Below, piece after piece: positions 1-10,887 of a stretch of DNA of 64,000 bases. The notes beneath the pieces are model-generated. The model was not told the origin of the DNA. It saw only the letters and a program-made list of their open reading frames with translations, and ran no database searches. Where the stretch lies: positions 1,446,197 through 1,510,196 of the forward strand of contig NIVC01000038.1 in NCBI GenBank assembly GCA_002269645.1. Direction: 5' to 3'. This DNA is from Macrostomum lignano (Eukaryota). Position 1 is the stretch's first letter; every line of letters begins with the position of its first letter. Both the position numbers and the translations under genes were made by a program.

Positions 1-804
1 AGCCAGGAGGAGGCCGACAAAATGCCTGAGGACGAGCGGCCACTCGAGGTATTGCTATATAAGGAATCTGGAAATTCTGGTGATGACGCTTAGAGATCTT
101 AGTGGAACCGTTAGGATCTTGAGATTTTAGGAATCTGGAAATAAAGGAACCTTGGGATTTTTAGGAACCGTGAATGATAGGGGATCTTGGGGTTACTGGG
201 AACCGTGAATTATAGGGGATCTTGGGATTATTGGAAACCGTGAATGATAGGGGATCTTGGGATTATTTGGAACCGTGAATGATAGGGGATCTTGGAATTA
301 TTGGGAACCGTGAATGATAGGGGATCTTGGGATTATTAGAAACCGTGAATGATAGGGGATCTTGGGATTATTAGAAACCGTGAATGATAGGGGATCTTGG
401 GATTATTGGAAACCGTGAATGATAGGGGATCTTGGGGTTGGAAACCGTGAATGATAGGGGATCTTGGGGTTATTGGGACCATGAGGTTGTAGCTAGGCAT
501 TGAATAAAAAGATTGTTTTTAAAGGATTTTTGTATTCTTGGCATCTAAATATTAGGATCTCGTTAGACTGAGGAAAGTGTTATGGATCTGATATCTTTGT
601 TTTATTTCTTCCAGAGTTTCGATTTAATTGATGATAAAATCCAATCTTTTCCTCAACAAATAATTTCAGGTTCCGTTCGAGATTAGCAGAGACAATTTGC
701 ACCTACTCAAGCAGCAATGGGACCCGGATCTTGGCGGTTCAGTGAAAACTGGCAAGCTGCTCAATTTCCTGCTGTCTGTCAGTCCCGCGTTCCGAGTGGA
801 TTAA
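1..804 (+). CDS. Probable 3' end of a spliced host gene (exon pieces 1-48 and 670-804), product unknown, weak EF-hand-like loop
   Basis: Frame +1 SQEEADKMPEDERPLE ends at GAG|GTATTG (48/49). Acceptor TTTCAG at 669 gives the in-phase exon VPFEISRDNLHLLKQQWDPDLGGSVKTGKLLNFLLSVSPAFRVD* (TAA 802-804). Both junctions are phase 0. Confidence 0.4.
160..480. repeat. 35-bp minisatellite (AACCGTGAATGATAGGGGATCTTGGGATTATTGGA), about 9 copies
   Basis: AACCG recurs at 166, 201, 236, 271, 306, 341, 376 and 411. Confidence 0.95.
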
Positions 805-1407
805 ATATTACTGTTGATTTTAACAAAACATGCTTTGTTTTACTATTTCTACTAATATAAAACTGTGATATACTACTGATTAAAATAGTACCCATATTTC
901 CCTTTCTCTTTGCCAATTGTTACTTTTATTTGTTTTAATGTTTTAATTTAAACGCTTTCTTATAAATTGAAAGCAAAATTGAACCGATCAATGTTCGCGT
1001 TTGAAACGGAACTATGCGCAAAATTGATATATTTAAAAAAGAAAATGTGTTGCTTTTTGCGAGAATGCTGAATTTTTTGCTCGTAAAATATAATCTAAAA
1101 GTACTACTGCTAGTAAAAAGTATTTTAAAAATACGCTTTGACATGCAATTTTCTTCATTTCCAACACTTTAAACACAAGTTTAGTTTATTATCCGCTGGT
1201 AAACGGAAACGCTGATGGAATTATAAATTTAGATACGATTTTCGTGCCTAGTTAAAGCGTCTGCAGAATAGATTCTGAATATACATGTTGCCCGTTTATA
1301 GCAATGACAAATAATTATAAATATGATTAAGTACGCATGCCCTACATAAATATGAACAATTTGACAAAAATAAACTTAATTAAAAATAACTTGACAGAAA
1401 AATTTGA

Positions 1408-2163
1408 CAGTGCTCAGACCAACAGGAGAGTGCTCAGGCCAACAGGAGAGTGCTCAGACCAACAGGAGAGTGCTCAGACTAACAGGAGAGTGCTCAGGCC
1501 AACAGGAGAGTGCTCAGACTAACAGGAGAGTGCTCAGACCAACAGGAGAGTGCTCAGACCAACAGGAGAGTGCTCAGGCCAACAGGAGAGTGCTCAGACC
1601 AACAGGAGAGTGCTCAGGCCAACAGGAGAGTGCTCAGACTAACAGGAGAGTGCTCAGACTAACAGGAGAGTGCTCAGACCAACACGAGAGTGCTCAGACT
1701 AGCAGGAGAGTGCTCAGACTAACAGGAGAGTGCTCAGACCAACAGGAGAGTGCTCAGACTAACAGGAGAGTGCTCAGACCAACAGGAGAGTGCTCAAACT
1801 AACAGGAGAGTGCTCAGACTAACAGGAGAGTGCTCAGACTAACAGGAGAGTGCTCAGACTATCAGGAGAGTGCTCAGACTAACAGGAGAGTGCTCAGACT
1901 AACAGGAGAGTGCTCAGACTAACAGGAGAGTGCTCAGACTAACAGGAGAGTGCTCAGACTAACAGGAGAGTGCTCAGACTAACAGGAGAGTGCTCAGACC
2001 AATATAAAAGTGTTTAGACTAACAGGAGAGTGCTCAGACCAACAGGAGAGTGCTCAGACTAACAAGAGAGTACTCAGACTAACAAGAGAGTACTCAGACC
2101 AACAGGAGAGTACTCAGACTAACAAGAGAGTACTCAGACCAACAGGAGAGTACTCAGACTAAC
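1408..2163. repeat. 20-bp minisatellite (AACAGGAGAGTGCTCAGACT), about 38 copies
   Basis: Exact 20-nt periodicity over 750 bp with few variant positions. ORFs 1337 and 1404 are its translation. Confidence 0.97.
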
Positions 2164-2275
2164 AATATTATTACGCTCGTGATATAACGGCAGTGAATAG
2201 TTTATTGAAAAAAATCGAATTTCGCAAACAATTTTGTGAAACATTCAACAGTGAATTCGGCTGGGCAGCAGCTGG

Positions 2276-5200
2276 CTACATATAGATCTCGCCTTGATCC
2301 TCGTCGCAAGGCTCTGTCGGCGTCAACGGAGGGCCCTCGACATCGTAGTCGTCTTGGGACAGAGCAAGGCTTTGAATTGCAGCCTCGTATCTGGACTGGT
2401 CGGCAGCCGAACTGAATTGTTTGTCTCTGTCAACCTCTTCGGGTAGGATGTAGCCAACTGAAGTGGCGGTGGGTGACAGGAAGTGATTGGGTGATGGGGA
2501 GTGAGTGGGTGATGGAGAGTGAGTGGGTGATTGGGAGTGAGTGGGTGATGGAGAGTGAGTGGGTGATGGCGAGTGAGTGGGTGATGGAGAGTGAGTGGGT
2601 GATGGGGAGTGAGTGGGTGATGGAGAGTGAGTGGGTGATGGGGAGTGAGTGGGTGATGGGGAGTGAGTGGGTGACGGGGAGTGAGTGGGTGACGGGGAGT
2701 GATTGGGTGATGGGGAGTGAGTGGGTGATGGAAAGTGAGTGGGTGATTGGGAGTGAGTGGGTGATGGAGAGTGAGTGGGTGATGGAGAGTGAGTGGGTGA
2801 TGGGGAGTGAGTGGGTGATGGGGAGTGAGTGGGTGATGGGGAGTGAGTGGGTGACGGGGAGTGAGTGGGTGACGGGGAGTGAGTGGGTGATGGGGAGTGA
2901 GTGGGTGATGGGAAGTGAGTGGGTGATGGGGAGTGAGTGGGTGATGGAGAGTAAGTGGGTGATGGGGAGTGAGTGGGTGATGGAGAGTGAGTGGGTGACG
3001 GGGAGTGAGTGGGTGACGGGGAGTGAGTGGGTGATGGAGAGTGAGTGGGTGATGGGGAGTGAGTGGGTGACGGGGAGTGAGTGGGTGACGGGGAGTGAGT
3101 GGGTGACGGGGAGTGAGTGGGTGATGGGGAGTGAGTGGGTGACGGGGAGTGAGTGGGTGACGGGGAGTGAGTGGGTGATGGAGAGTGAGTGGGTGATGGG
3201 GAGTGAGTGGGTGATGGAGAGTGAGTGGGTGATGGGGAGTTAGTGGGTGATGGAGAGTGAGTGGGTGATGGAGAGTAAGTGGGTGATGGGGAGTGAGTGG
3301 GTGATGGAGAGTGAGTGGGTGACGGGGAGTGAGTGGGTGACGGGGAGTGAGTGGGTGATGGTTAGTGAGTGGGTGACGGGGAGTGAGTGGGTGACGGGGA
3401 GTGAGTGGGTGATGGAGAGTGAGTGGGTGATGGGGAGTGAGTGGGTGATGGAGAGTGAGTGGGTGATGGGGAGTGAGTGGGTGATGGGGAGTGAGTGGGT
3501 GATGGAGAGTGAGTGGGTGACGGGGAGTGAGTGGGTGACGGGGAGTGAGTGGGTGATGGAGAGTGAGTGGGTGACGGGGAGTGAGTGGGTGACGGGGAGT
3601 GAGTGGGTGATGGGGAGTGAGTGGGTGACGGGGAGTGAGTGGGTGATGGGGAGTGAGTGGGTGACGGGGAGTGAGTGGGTGACGGGGAGTGAGTAGGTGA
3701 TGGGGAGTGAGTGGGTGATGGGGAGTGAGTGGGTGACGGGGAGTGAGTCGGTGACGGGGAGTGAGTGGGTGATGGGGAGTGAGTGGGTGATGGGGAGTGA
3801 GTGGGTGATGGAGAGTGAGTGGGTGATGGGGAGTGAGTGGGTGACGGGGAGTGAGTGGGTGATGGGGAGTGAGTGGGTGATGGAGAGTGAGTGGGTGATG
3901 GGGAGTGAGATGGGGAGTGAGTGGGTGATGGGGAGTGAGTGGGTGATGGGGAGTGAGATGGGGAGTGAGTGGGTGATGGGGAGTGAGTGGGTGATGGGGA
4001 GTGAGTGGGTGACGGGAACTAAGTCGAATAGAAAACACAGGATTTCAGGGGCATTCAATACTAAATCCATAATCCCAACTTAGATGACCCGAGGGCCACC
4101 GCAGGTTGCAATCCAAATCTGAAACTTATTTCACTGTTTTAAAATTTGAGCCCAGCAATTCTAGCGGACACCACAGTGCCAGCATTGTAGGAACTCACAG
4201 AGGTCAGTGCCGGGCAGCCAGGCCAGCAGTTTCTCGCAGCGATTATCAGCATTGAAGTACAGCTTCCACACCTCGATCTTCTCCCCAGCGGTGGGGCTGA
4301 GCCACACCGAGCGGGATTTGCCTTTGATTTTCATTTTCCGTTTAGAGGAATCGGAGATCAGGGACTCCTTGGTTTGCTTGAGCTGCTTGGCAATTGAGGT
4401 GCAGTCAGCGGCGAATACCCGCGCAACCAGGTGCGTGGCCTGCGTGATCTGGTGAGTGATGAGGATACGTGAGATTCTGGGACCTCATGATAATGATTGA
4501 TGGGGATTCTGGAATACTCTGGGATCTCGCGATGATGATTGAAGAGGATTCCGGGAGATTCTGTTATTTCAATGATAATGATTGATGGAGATTCTGGAAT
4601 ACTCTGGGATCTCATGATAATGATTGATGAGGATTCCGGGAGATTCTGGGATCTCGCGATGATGATTGAAGAGGATTCCGGGAGATTCTGTTATTTCAAT
4701 GATAATGATTGATGGAGACTGGGAGATTTTGAGCAGTGAACGCGTTGACAGAGTAGTCAAATAGTGTGAGCAAAAAAAGCCAACAGACCCCAAAAGTTGG
4801 CCTCAAGCTTTCCGGAACGCAGTCTGGGAACAGAACAGCAGCCGGCTCTGGCTGCTGAGACTGAAGCATGTTTTTTGAAGCTGACCCGCCATCCTGGCCA
4901 GCCCTGTTTCGAATCCTTGAAAACGGATTCCTGCAAATTCGATAGTGTTAAGCTTCTGTTTCATTCTAATATTTCAAATTGAAAGTGGAAAACTCATATT
5001 TAGATTAAATTGGGCAGGTGTGCAACCGACAGCTCAGCCGCAGCTATTTGCGCGGCACATCTGAAGGCTGCGTACGGCTGTTGAGGTAGCCACACACACC
5101 CTCAATTATCCCAGCTAATGCTGGCACCCATTTTACAGCTGGGGTGAACTGAAGCAATGCAGAGTTAAGTGTCTTGCTCATGGACACAGATTGTTGCGAG

Positions 5201-8101
5201 TGGGTCGAGAATCGAACCTCCATGCTTCCAGTCGTGAGTCAGACTCTTTAACCACTAGTCATGAGTCTAACTCCACTGAATGCAATCGTAGTAGGTAAAA
5301 TCTTAACGTGGTATATTGCAAAGTGGAATATACTCGTACCACTTCAATCTCGATTGTCAAAATTGACTTCAAAAATAGAAAACCGATTTACCCTGCCCTG
5401 CTATGTTTAGTCTTCGTTTCTTTCGGCTTTGTTGTCTGAGCTTCTCCTGTCTCGTCACCGGATCGCTGCGGGTGCACGATGTCGCTTTCGATGGTGTTCT
5501 CCTGGCTAGATGACGCCGTAGTCTGTCTCGGCTGCCTCTCGGCATCGCTAAACGTATCGCGATTGCTGCAGTTTTTTATCGATCAATGACTATATCGTTA
5601 CATTTGAATGCATTTTCAAATAAAGTTACTTGCAGACAAGGACCATACAGGACATACATTCAGTAGTGAAAATATTTGAATTACCAGGAGTAGGATAAAG
5701 TTATCAGCTTCATCTATATTCCATCTATAACTTGGGATTTGCAACGCGCAAAAAAATCTGGCCGCTGGGTTTTAGTGCTTATATTCACTGCTATGAGGGC
5801 CAAGGTACAGGGAGTGTCCATGCTTGACGATTAGGAAACCAGAGCCACTGTACATCCAATGCAATCGTAGTAGGTAAAATCTTAGCTTGGTATATTGCTA
5901 AGTGCAATATACACTCAGCAACAGTCAAAACCGCCACCCTACCGAGAGAGGCGACTTTTCTCTCACCTCAACTGCAAGTGACGTAACTTGCGCCACGGCG
6001 TGGCTAAAGCTGGGTGAGAGTGAATTCCAGGGTGAGAGTACAAAAGGGACTGGGGTTGGGGTTGGGGTGCAACAGTACACGTGACAATGGTCAGGCATAT
6101 GACAGACGCTGAACGATGGCGCGCTGTTGGCATGCTAGAAGCTGGTGCATCCATCAGCGCAGTTGCTCGCCAATTTGGCCGATCAGGTTCAACAATTCGA
6201 GCGCTGTTAACGAAGTCCCAAGAGACTGGTAGTGTTCAGCACGCAGCCATAGGCAGCCAGCGCCATGATCACCGCGGCTCAACAGCCAGGGCAAATCGAC
6301 GTCTGCTGCGGATTGTCAGGCGAACTCCGACCGCGCCAGCCACCCTGCTCCGTCTGATGTGGGGTGAAAGAAGCAGATGGGGCAACATCTAATCTGCTAA
6401 GTAAAGTGCATCCCTGATTGCCCTCTCCTGCATTCACTCTCACCCAGCTTTAGCCACGCCGTGGCGCAAGTTACGTCACTTGCAGTTGAGGTGAGAGAGA
6501 AGTCGCCTCTTTCGGTAGGGTGGCGGTTTTGACTGTTGCTGAGTGTACTATTTCAATCTTGACTTTCAAAATTGACTTAAAAAATAGAATTGATTCAGCG
6601 TTACGTCAGGTTGATATCGACTCTCAATTATTTTAATGGGTGTCACCACAGAAACACATATCGACTACTTTATACTCCCCAAAAATTTAACCAACATCTG
6701 AAAAGATGCGCTTGCCATAAAACTCATTTCACATCATTCTAGGTAGGCGATGCAAACACACAGGAGCCTATATAGGAAACATAGTGACATTTTGCCTGCG
6801 CAGATGGAAGGTGCGTACAATGGCTGTACGATTAACAAACAATAATTCGCTTACCCAGCATCGGCATCTGAGCTGCTATTCTGCGCAGCAGCTGCCCCAG
6901 CCGACAGCTGATGGCTATCAGTTGCACATTCCTCAGGCATTTCTAATGTTGGCGTTGTTGGCTCTGCTGGCTCAAAGAATTCGCTACCAATGGATTGCCG
7001 GCTCTTGCCTGGCTTGAATATCCTGTTTGCAGCGCCCAGTATGCTGAGTGCGAAGGGCGGGGGGGGGTTTGGTTGCAAGATAATTTCACGTTAGACATAG
7101 GCAGCGGCTGATACAGTAGTGTTACAGTTAGACGCGAATTTTCGAAACAATCGCTTCCTTTAGGCAGGATAGCAGCATAAGGGCAAGGCGCAGGCGTGTT
7201 TTATAAAGTAGCAAAGCACAATTCAGCAAATTTTGCATGCACTTACTGCAGTTATTAATTCGAAATAAATTTATTGGAATGCGCGGTACGATGGGAATAA
7301 TCTATCATGCTGTCATGCGACGCCTAACGAATTTAGCATGTCACATACACAGCCATACATTGAAAGTTAAACTACTGAATGAAAATGTCCGATACATTAT
7401 AATTGTTTACAAAGATTAAAGGCCTCTTACGCTCGTTTCTGAAACAAATGAATACAAGTTGCATGATTGAATCAAAATTTCAACCACAATTTCAATAAAT
7501 TTCAATAGTACTCATACACAGGCTGATCTATCAAAAGCTTAATGTATGCATGTTTCCACATAGTCGTGTTTTAATCTTGCATTTATAAAAAAACCAAACT
7601 AGTAAGCACTTTTAATAGAAAAATCACAATACTCTTCGGTAAATTCGCAAAACTTACGGAATCCTTAAATGAATTTTTAAGCGACTTAACGTAAGACGTG
7701 TCCTCGCTAATTTGCTTTGCTGGAGCTCCCAGTTCCAGTGATACACTGACGTCCGCCTGTCCAGCCACAGTGGCCACCGAGATATTGGCTCGCGCAATTC
7801 TATACACAACTTTGTTAATCTCTATCGTGAACGACGGTGCTGCCACGCCTGGTTGGGACAGCTGAGGCGACAGCGGTGGTGGCTGCGAGCCAGCAGTGGC
7901 CGTTGCAGGGGCCGCAGGTGCCTCGGACGCTAAGCTTGCAGCATCCTCTGTCGGCTCTGTCCCCGGCTCGTTGAGGTACAGATTTCGGTCGGCCGCATCG
8001 ACAGCTTGCGGATTGACCGGCTCGCGGCTTGGCGGAGTGGGCGGTCGGTCGTCTTCGACGTGAATTCTGGGTGGCTCGAAGTGCTTTTGCTGCTGTTGCA
8101 T
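2276..8101 (-). CDS. Seven-exon host gene, about 455 aa, low-complexity N-terminal two-thirds and a more globular C-terminus; function unknown
   Basis: Exons (minus strand): 8101-7658, 7438-7431, 7022-6855, 5565-5392, 4930-4789, 4448-4199, 2457-2276. All introns are GT-AG, with phases 0,2,2,2,0,1. The total of 1368 nt = 456 codons ending ...DEDQGEIYM-TAG. Donors GTAAGT, GTAAGA, GTAAGC, GTAAAT and GTGAGT are good; GTCTGT (4788) is weak. AATAAA on the minus strand at 2206-2201. Exon 1 may have an upstream exon (acceptor CTAACAG just 5' of the ATG). Confidence 0.75.
2470..4017. repeat. 18-bp G-rich minisatellite (GTGATGGGGAGTGAGTGG), about 86 copies, filling the last intron of the minus-strand gene
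   Basis: 18-nt periodicity with interspersed ATG/ACG and GGG/GAG variants. It explains the ORFs at 2323-4083. Confidence 0.98.
4465..4725. repeat. Degenerate complex tandem repeat (GGGATCTC..GATAATGATTGATGGAGATTC) in an intron
   Basis: A block of about 70 bp at 4521-4590 is repeated at 4649-4718, with shorter related subunits around it. Confidence 0.8.
5005..5265 (-). mobile_element. tRNA-derived SINE with a CORE-like central domain
   Basis: The minus strand has a Pol III A box (TAGTGGTTAAAG, ~5258-5247) and B box (GGTTCGATTCTC, 5218-5207). These are followed by TGTGTCCATGAGCAAGACACTTAACTCTGCATTGCTTCAGTTCACCCCAGCTGTAAAATGGG, which resembles the MIR/CORE-type conserved domain. Confidence 0.8.
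5912..6545 (+). mobile_element. Internally deleted Tc1/mariner element (634 bp)
   Basis: TIRs of about 115 bp start CACTCAGCAACAGTCAAAACCGCCACCC and end GGGTGGCGGTTTTGACTGTTGCTGAGTG. TA flanks both ends (5910-5911, 6546-6547). Confidence 0.93.
6087..6392 (+). CDS. Tc1 transposase N-terminal HTH (paired-like) DNA-binding region only; DDE domain absent
   Basis: MVRHMTDAERWRAVGMLEAGASISAVARQFGRSGSTIRALLTKSQETGSV matches the Tc1 HTH pattern. The ORF stops just before the right TIR. Confidence 0.8.
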   Translation: MVRHMTDAERWRAVGMLEAGASISAVARQFGRSGSTIRALLTKSQETGSVQHAAIGSQRHDHRGSTARANRRLLRIVRRTPTAPATLLRLMWGERSRWGNI

Positions 8102-9833
8102 GTCTGAGCGCTGTTAGTTGAGGGCTTCTTTGATATCTAGTTGATAGATTCCACGACTGGGTAATGATAGACGCCGGCTTTTATCTGCTTCGTGAAGTTG
8201 TTTATTGTACAATCCACTCAAATTTAGCAGCAAATTTAAGTCATGACAGCCAATAAAGTTTGCTTCAACGGATTAAATGCTAGCCATGAAATACTACTAA
8301 CTATATGCATGCATTAGTAGCTTACACTCGAATATCATCATCCGAATCCAATACAATATTGCGGACCATTTACTCAGCTTTCAGCCTAGACATTAGACAC
8401 TACTCTTAGTTACGGGGCGGATAGAGACCTGAATTCCAAAGTTCAGCTCTGCCAATTCGGGACACGCCAAGCCAAGGCTTGCCATACCAGCAACTCCTGA
8501 AGACGCACCAGAGCCACTATGCAAGCACATTATTCTAGGAAAAATTTTGCGTTAAGATGGGGGATTTGTGCTGTTAACATGGCTCAGACAAATACGAGTT
8601 ACGTAACAGTACACTTCTGATTTACTATTCCCAAGTGTTGTGAAGTGAAAGGTGTAGTAGTAAAAGGGCACCCCGTCCTATACTTGTACCAGTAGTAGGG
8701 GTTAGTTCAACTCTGACGCACTTGCACGGGAGAGATAGGCGGCAATGTTAAAGGATAGGCCGCTATGTGGCGCAACACCACAGTAGCCTATAGGTCTAGC
8801 TAGGGGAGAGATAAGGGGCGGAGGGGGGTAGGGGTGCACAGGTACCAAAGCTATAATTGTCTAGCGTGTAAATAAATGGCTGGCCTTTACTGAACACTTA
8901 GAAAAAAGGAAAGGGGCCTTTGATTATCCAATTCTGATGCACTTGCTTACAGAGAGCGGGGTTTAATAAATAAGGAATTATTCTATTGTATGAGAGCACT
9001 TCAATTCGTAAATATGTTTGAATTTGTTTGTATTATTGAATCTTGTATATGATTACATACATGTAGCTCTAAGTAATTTGATAAAACTGGCATAAAAATG
9101 CTTTAAATTTGAGTCCCCTTACAATGGAAAATTGAATACAGTGTTTATGAGCCTGTGTTTGTGGTTAATTACGAGCGTAGGTTTAAAACTTGTGTGTATC
9201 TAGACTTGTTTTTGAGGGCAAAACTTTATGGCGAATGGGGCGGGGAAGCGTTGCTTTCTAGTAATTACCGGGGGTCCGTTTATGACTCGGGGTTAAAATG
9301 GACACCAACGTATGATAATTTAATGAAAATAGTGGGTATAGTTATCAGTGTTGTTATAGTATGAGAGAAATGTGCTCTCTTCTCGGAGAAAGGGGCGAAA
9401 AAGTCCAAGAGCTCTCGTCATCGAGGACATCAGCTGCTGCCCGGTACTGAAAAAGCAGCCCGTTCATTTCGGCGGTTTGTTAGGGCCGCGGCAAGCCGAC
9501 ATAAGGCTCAGCTGGATGCTGCTAAGCAATTACGCTCCAACTTGCTAAGCCAGGTAATTAATGGCCGGCGTCATTCACCCGGCAAGTGTAGACAGAGGTG
9601 GCAGGACAGCATCAACTCAGATGACGACTTTGAACTAATCCCAGGAGAAGCAATGCACAGCCAGGAGGAAGCGGAAAAAGCATGAGTTGAAGCCATTGCA
9701 TTTCCTATCCGTCAGGTGCCGTCAATTCGAGGAAAGCAAATGCTTCAACCCGATAGCCCTATGATTTTTGAAGAAGGCGACCACATTGAGCCTGATGAAA
9801 TCTCATTTTTCTCTGCTGCTGCTGCTGCTGCTG

Positions 9834-10030
9834 CTTTGCTTTGCTTTGCTTTGCAGGGGCAAGGGCGCCACGGCGGTGCTAAAAAACACCGCCGAGCCAG
9901 CGCCACCGAACCCAGGGGATCGGCCGTCAAGATGCTGAGATCAGCTTCAATCTCACTGCCTAGACATATCGAGCGGGCTTGGCGGAGGGCCGGGCAGCTG
10001 AGCCAGTGCGCCAGGTCTTCCTCCTCGAAG
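9834..10030 (-). mobile_element. 5'-truncated Ingi/I-group LINE 3' end (E1)
   Basis: Minus strand encodes RCSFEEEDLAHWLSCPALRQARSICLG...SVALARR, homologous to the C-terminal zinc finger of 13725-14741. Shares the 3' UTR motif GGCGCCyyTGCCCC; tail (GCAAA)4. Confidence 0.85.
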
Positions 10031-10032
10031 CT

Positions 10033-10887
10033 GCACCGGGCTGGCCGCACATGCATATTGATTTTCACGGATGGTTCGATTGATAAGGGAGGCAAAGGAG
10101 GGGGAAGCGTGGTGGTGACGAAGTACGATAACGGCGCGGTGGTCGAGAGGCAAATGGTGGCCGGCGGACAGCTCGCGTCCTCGATGCAGGCGGAGCTGTA
10201 CGCGTTGAAAGAGGCAATCAGGTGGCTGGCGATTAACAACAACTGGCACAAAGCTGTGATTGCGACACACAGCAAAAGCGGGATCCAAGCTATAAAAAAG
10301 ACCAGCAGGAACCCGATCGTCTGCAGCATTAGAAAAGCGCTGAGCGAGATGGAAGGGCGGGAGATGGTGATGCTGTGGATACCGAGCCACTGCGGGATCG
10401 TAGGGAACGAAGTGGCGGACGAATGGGCTAATCGGGCGGTCAGGGAAGTGAGCAATGAATGAATTGGAGTCATGGCGAGCACGATGGCGAAGATGGCGAG
10501 GAGGCGGAGTAGAAGGAAGGTGTGGAGGCACGAGAGGATGAGGGCGACGTACGGCGGCTCGGAGGGACCAAGGAAAGAACCGGAGTTCACGAGCAGGAAG
10601 GAGGAGGTTAGTTTTAGAAGATGGCATACGGGACACTCGCTGGAGCTGGCAGCGTTTAGAAAGAGAATCGGGCTGCAGCAGAATGGAAATTGCAGGCAGT
10701 GTGGCATGGAGGAGGAGACCATCGAGCACGTGGTGGCCTGCCCGGTTCTGGACAGCTGCTGGAGGGGATGGAGGAGCGGAGTTCTGAGTGAGGTTTGCAT
10801 GAAGGCAGAGGAAGCGCTGAAGATGTGGGAGTGGTGGAAGAGGAAACCACCGGAAAGCAGCTAGACATCTACAACAACAACAACAAC
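10033..10887 (+). mobile_element. 5'-truncated Ingi/I-group LINE (E2): RNase H plus C-terminal zinc finger
   Basis: LIFTDGS...ELYAL...THSKS...WIPSHCGIVGNEVADEWA (RNase H), one in-frame TGA at 10460, then RRWHTGHSLELA..CRQCG..EETIEHVVACP. Stop at 10862-10864; (ACA)6 tail. Confidence 0.9.

Noticed and set aside
1337-4083. Long ORFs (up to 571 aa) such as HPLTP, GSEWVM and THSLPI repeats
   Set aside because: They are translations of 18- and 20-bp minisatellites lacking stop codons. The region is intronic or intergenic in the supported gene model.
5200-5262. tRNA gene
   Set aside because: It has A and B boxes but no complete cloverleaf and continues into a SINE body, so it is called a SINE head.
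5329-5340. TA-CTCG-TA in the uninterrupted paralog as a Tc1 excision footprint
   Set aside because: A footprint should derive from the element ends (CAC.../...GTG). CTCG does not match them, so ordinary divergence is more likely.
9542-9625. LLSQVINGRRHSPGKCRQRWQDSINSD as the C-terminus of an RTE LINE ORF2
   Set aside because: Only a loose resemblance. There are no upstream RT-thumb motifs and no tail follows.
9716-10462. 248-aa ORF as a novel RNase H fusion protein
   Set aside because: It is a chance read-through of host frame, antisense E1 and the start of E2.
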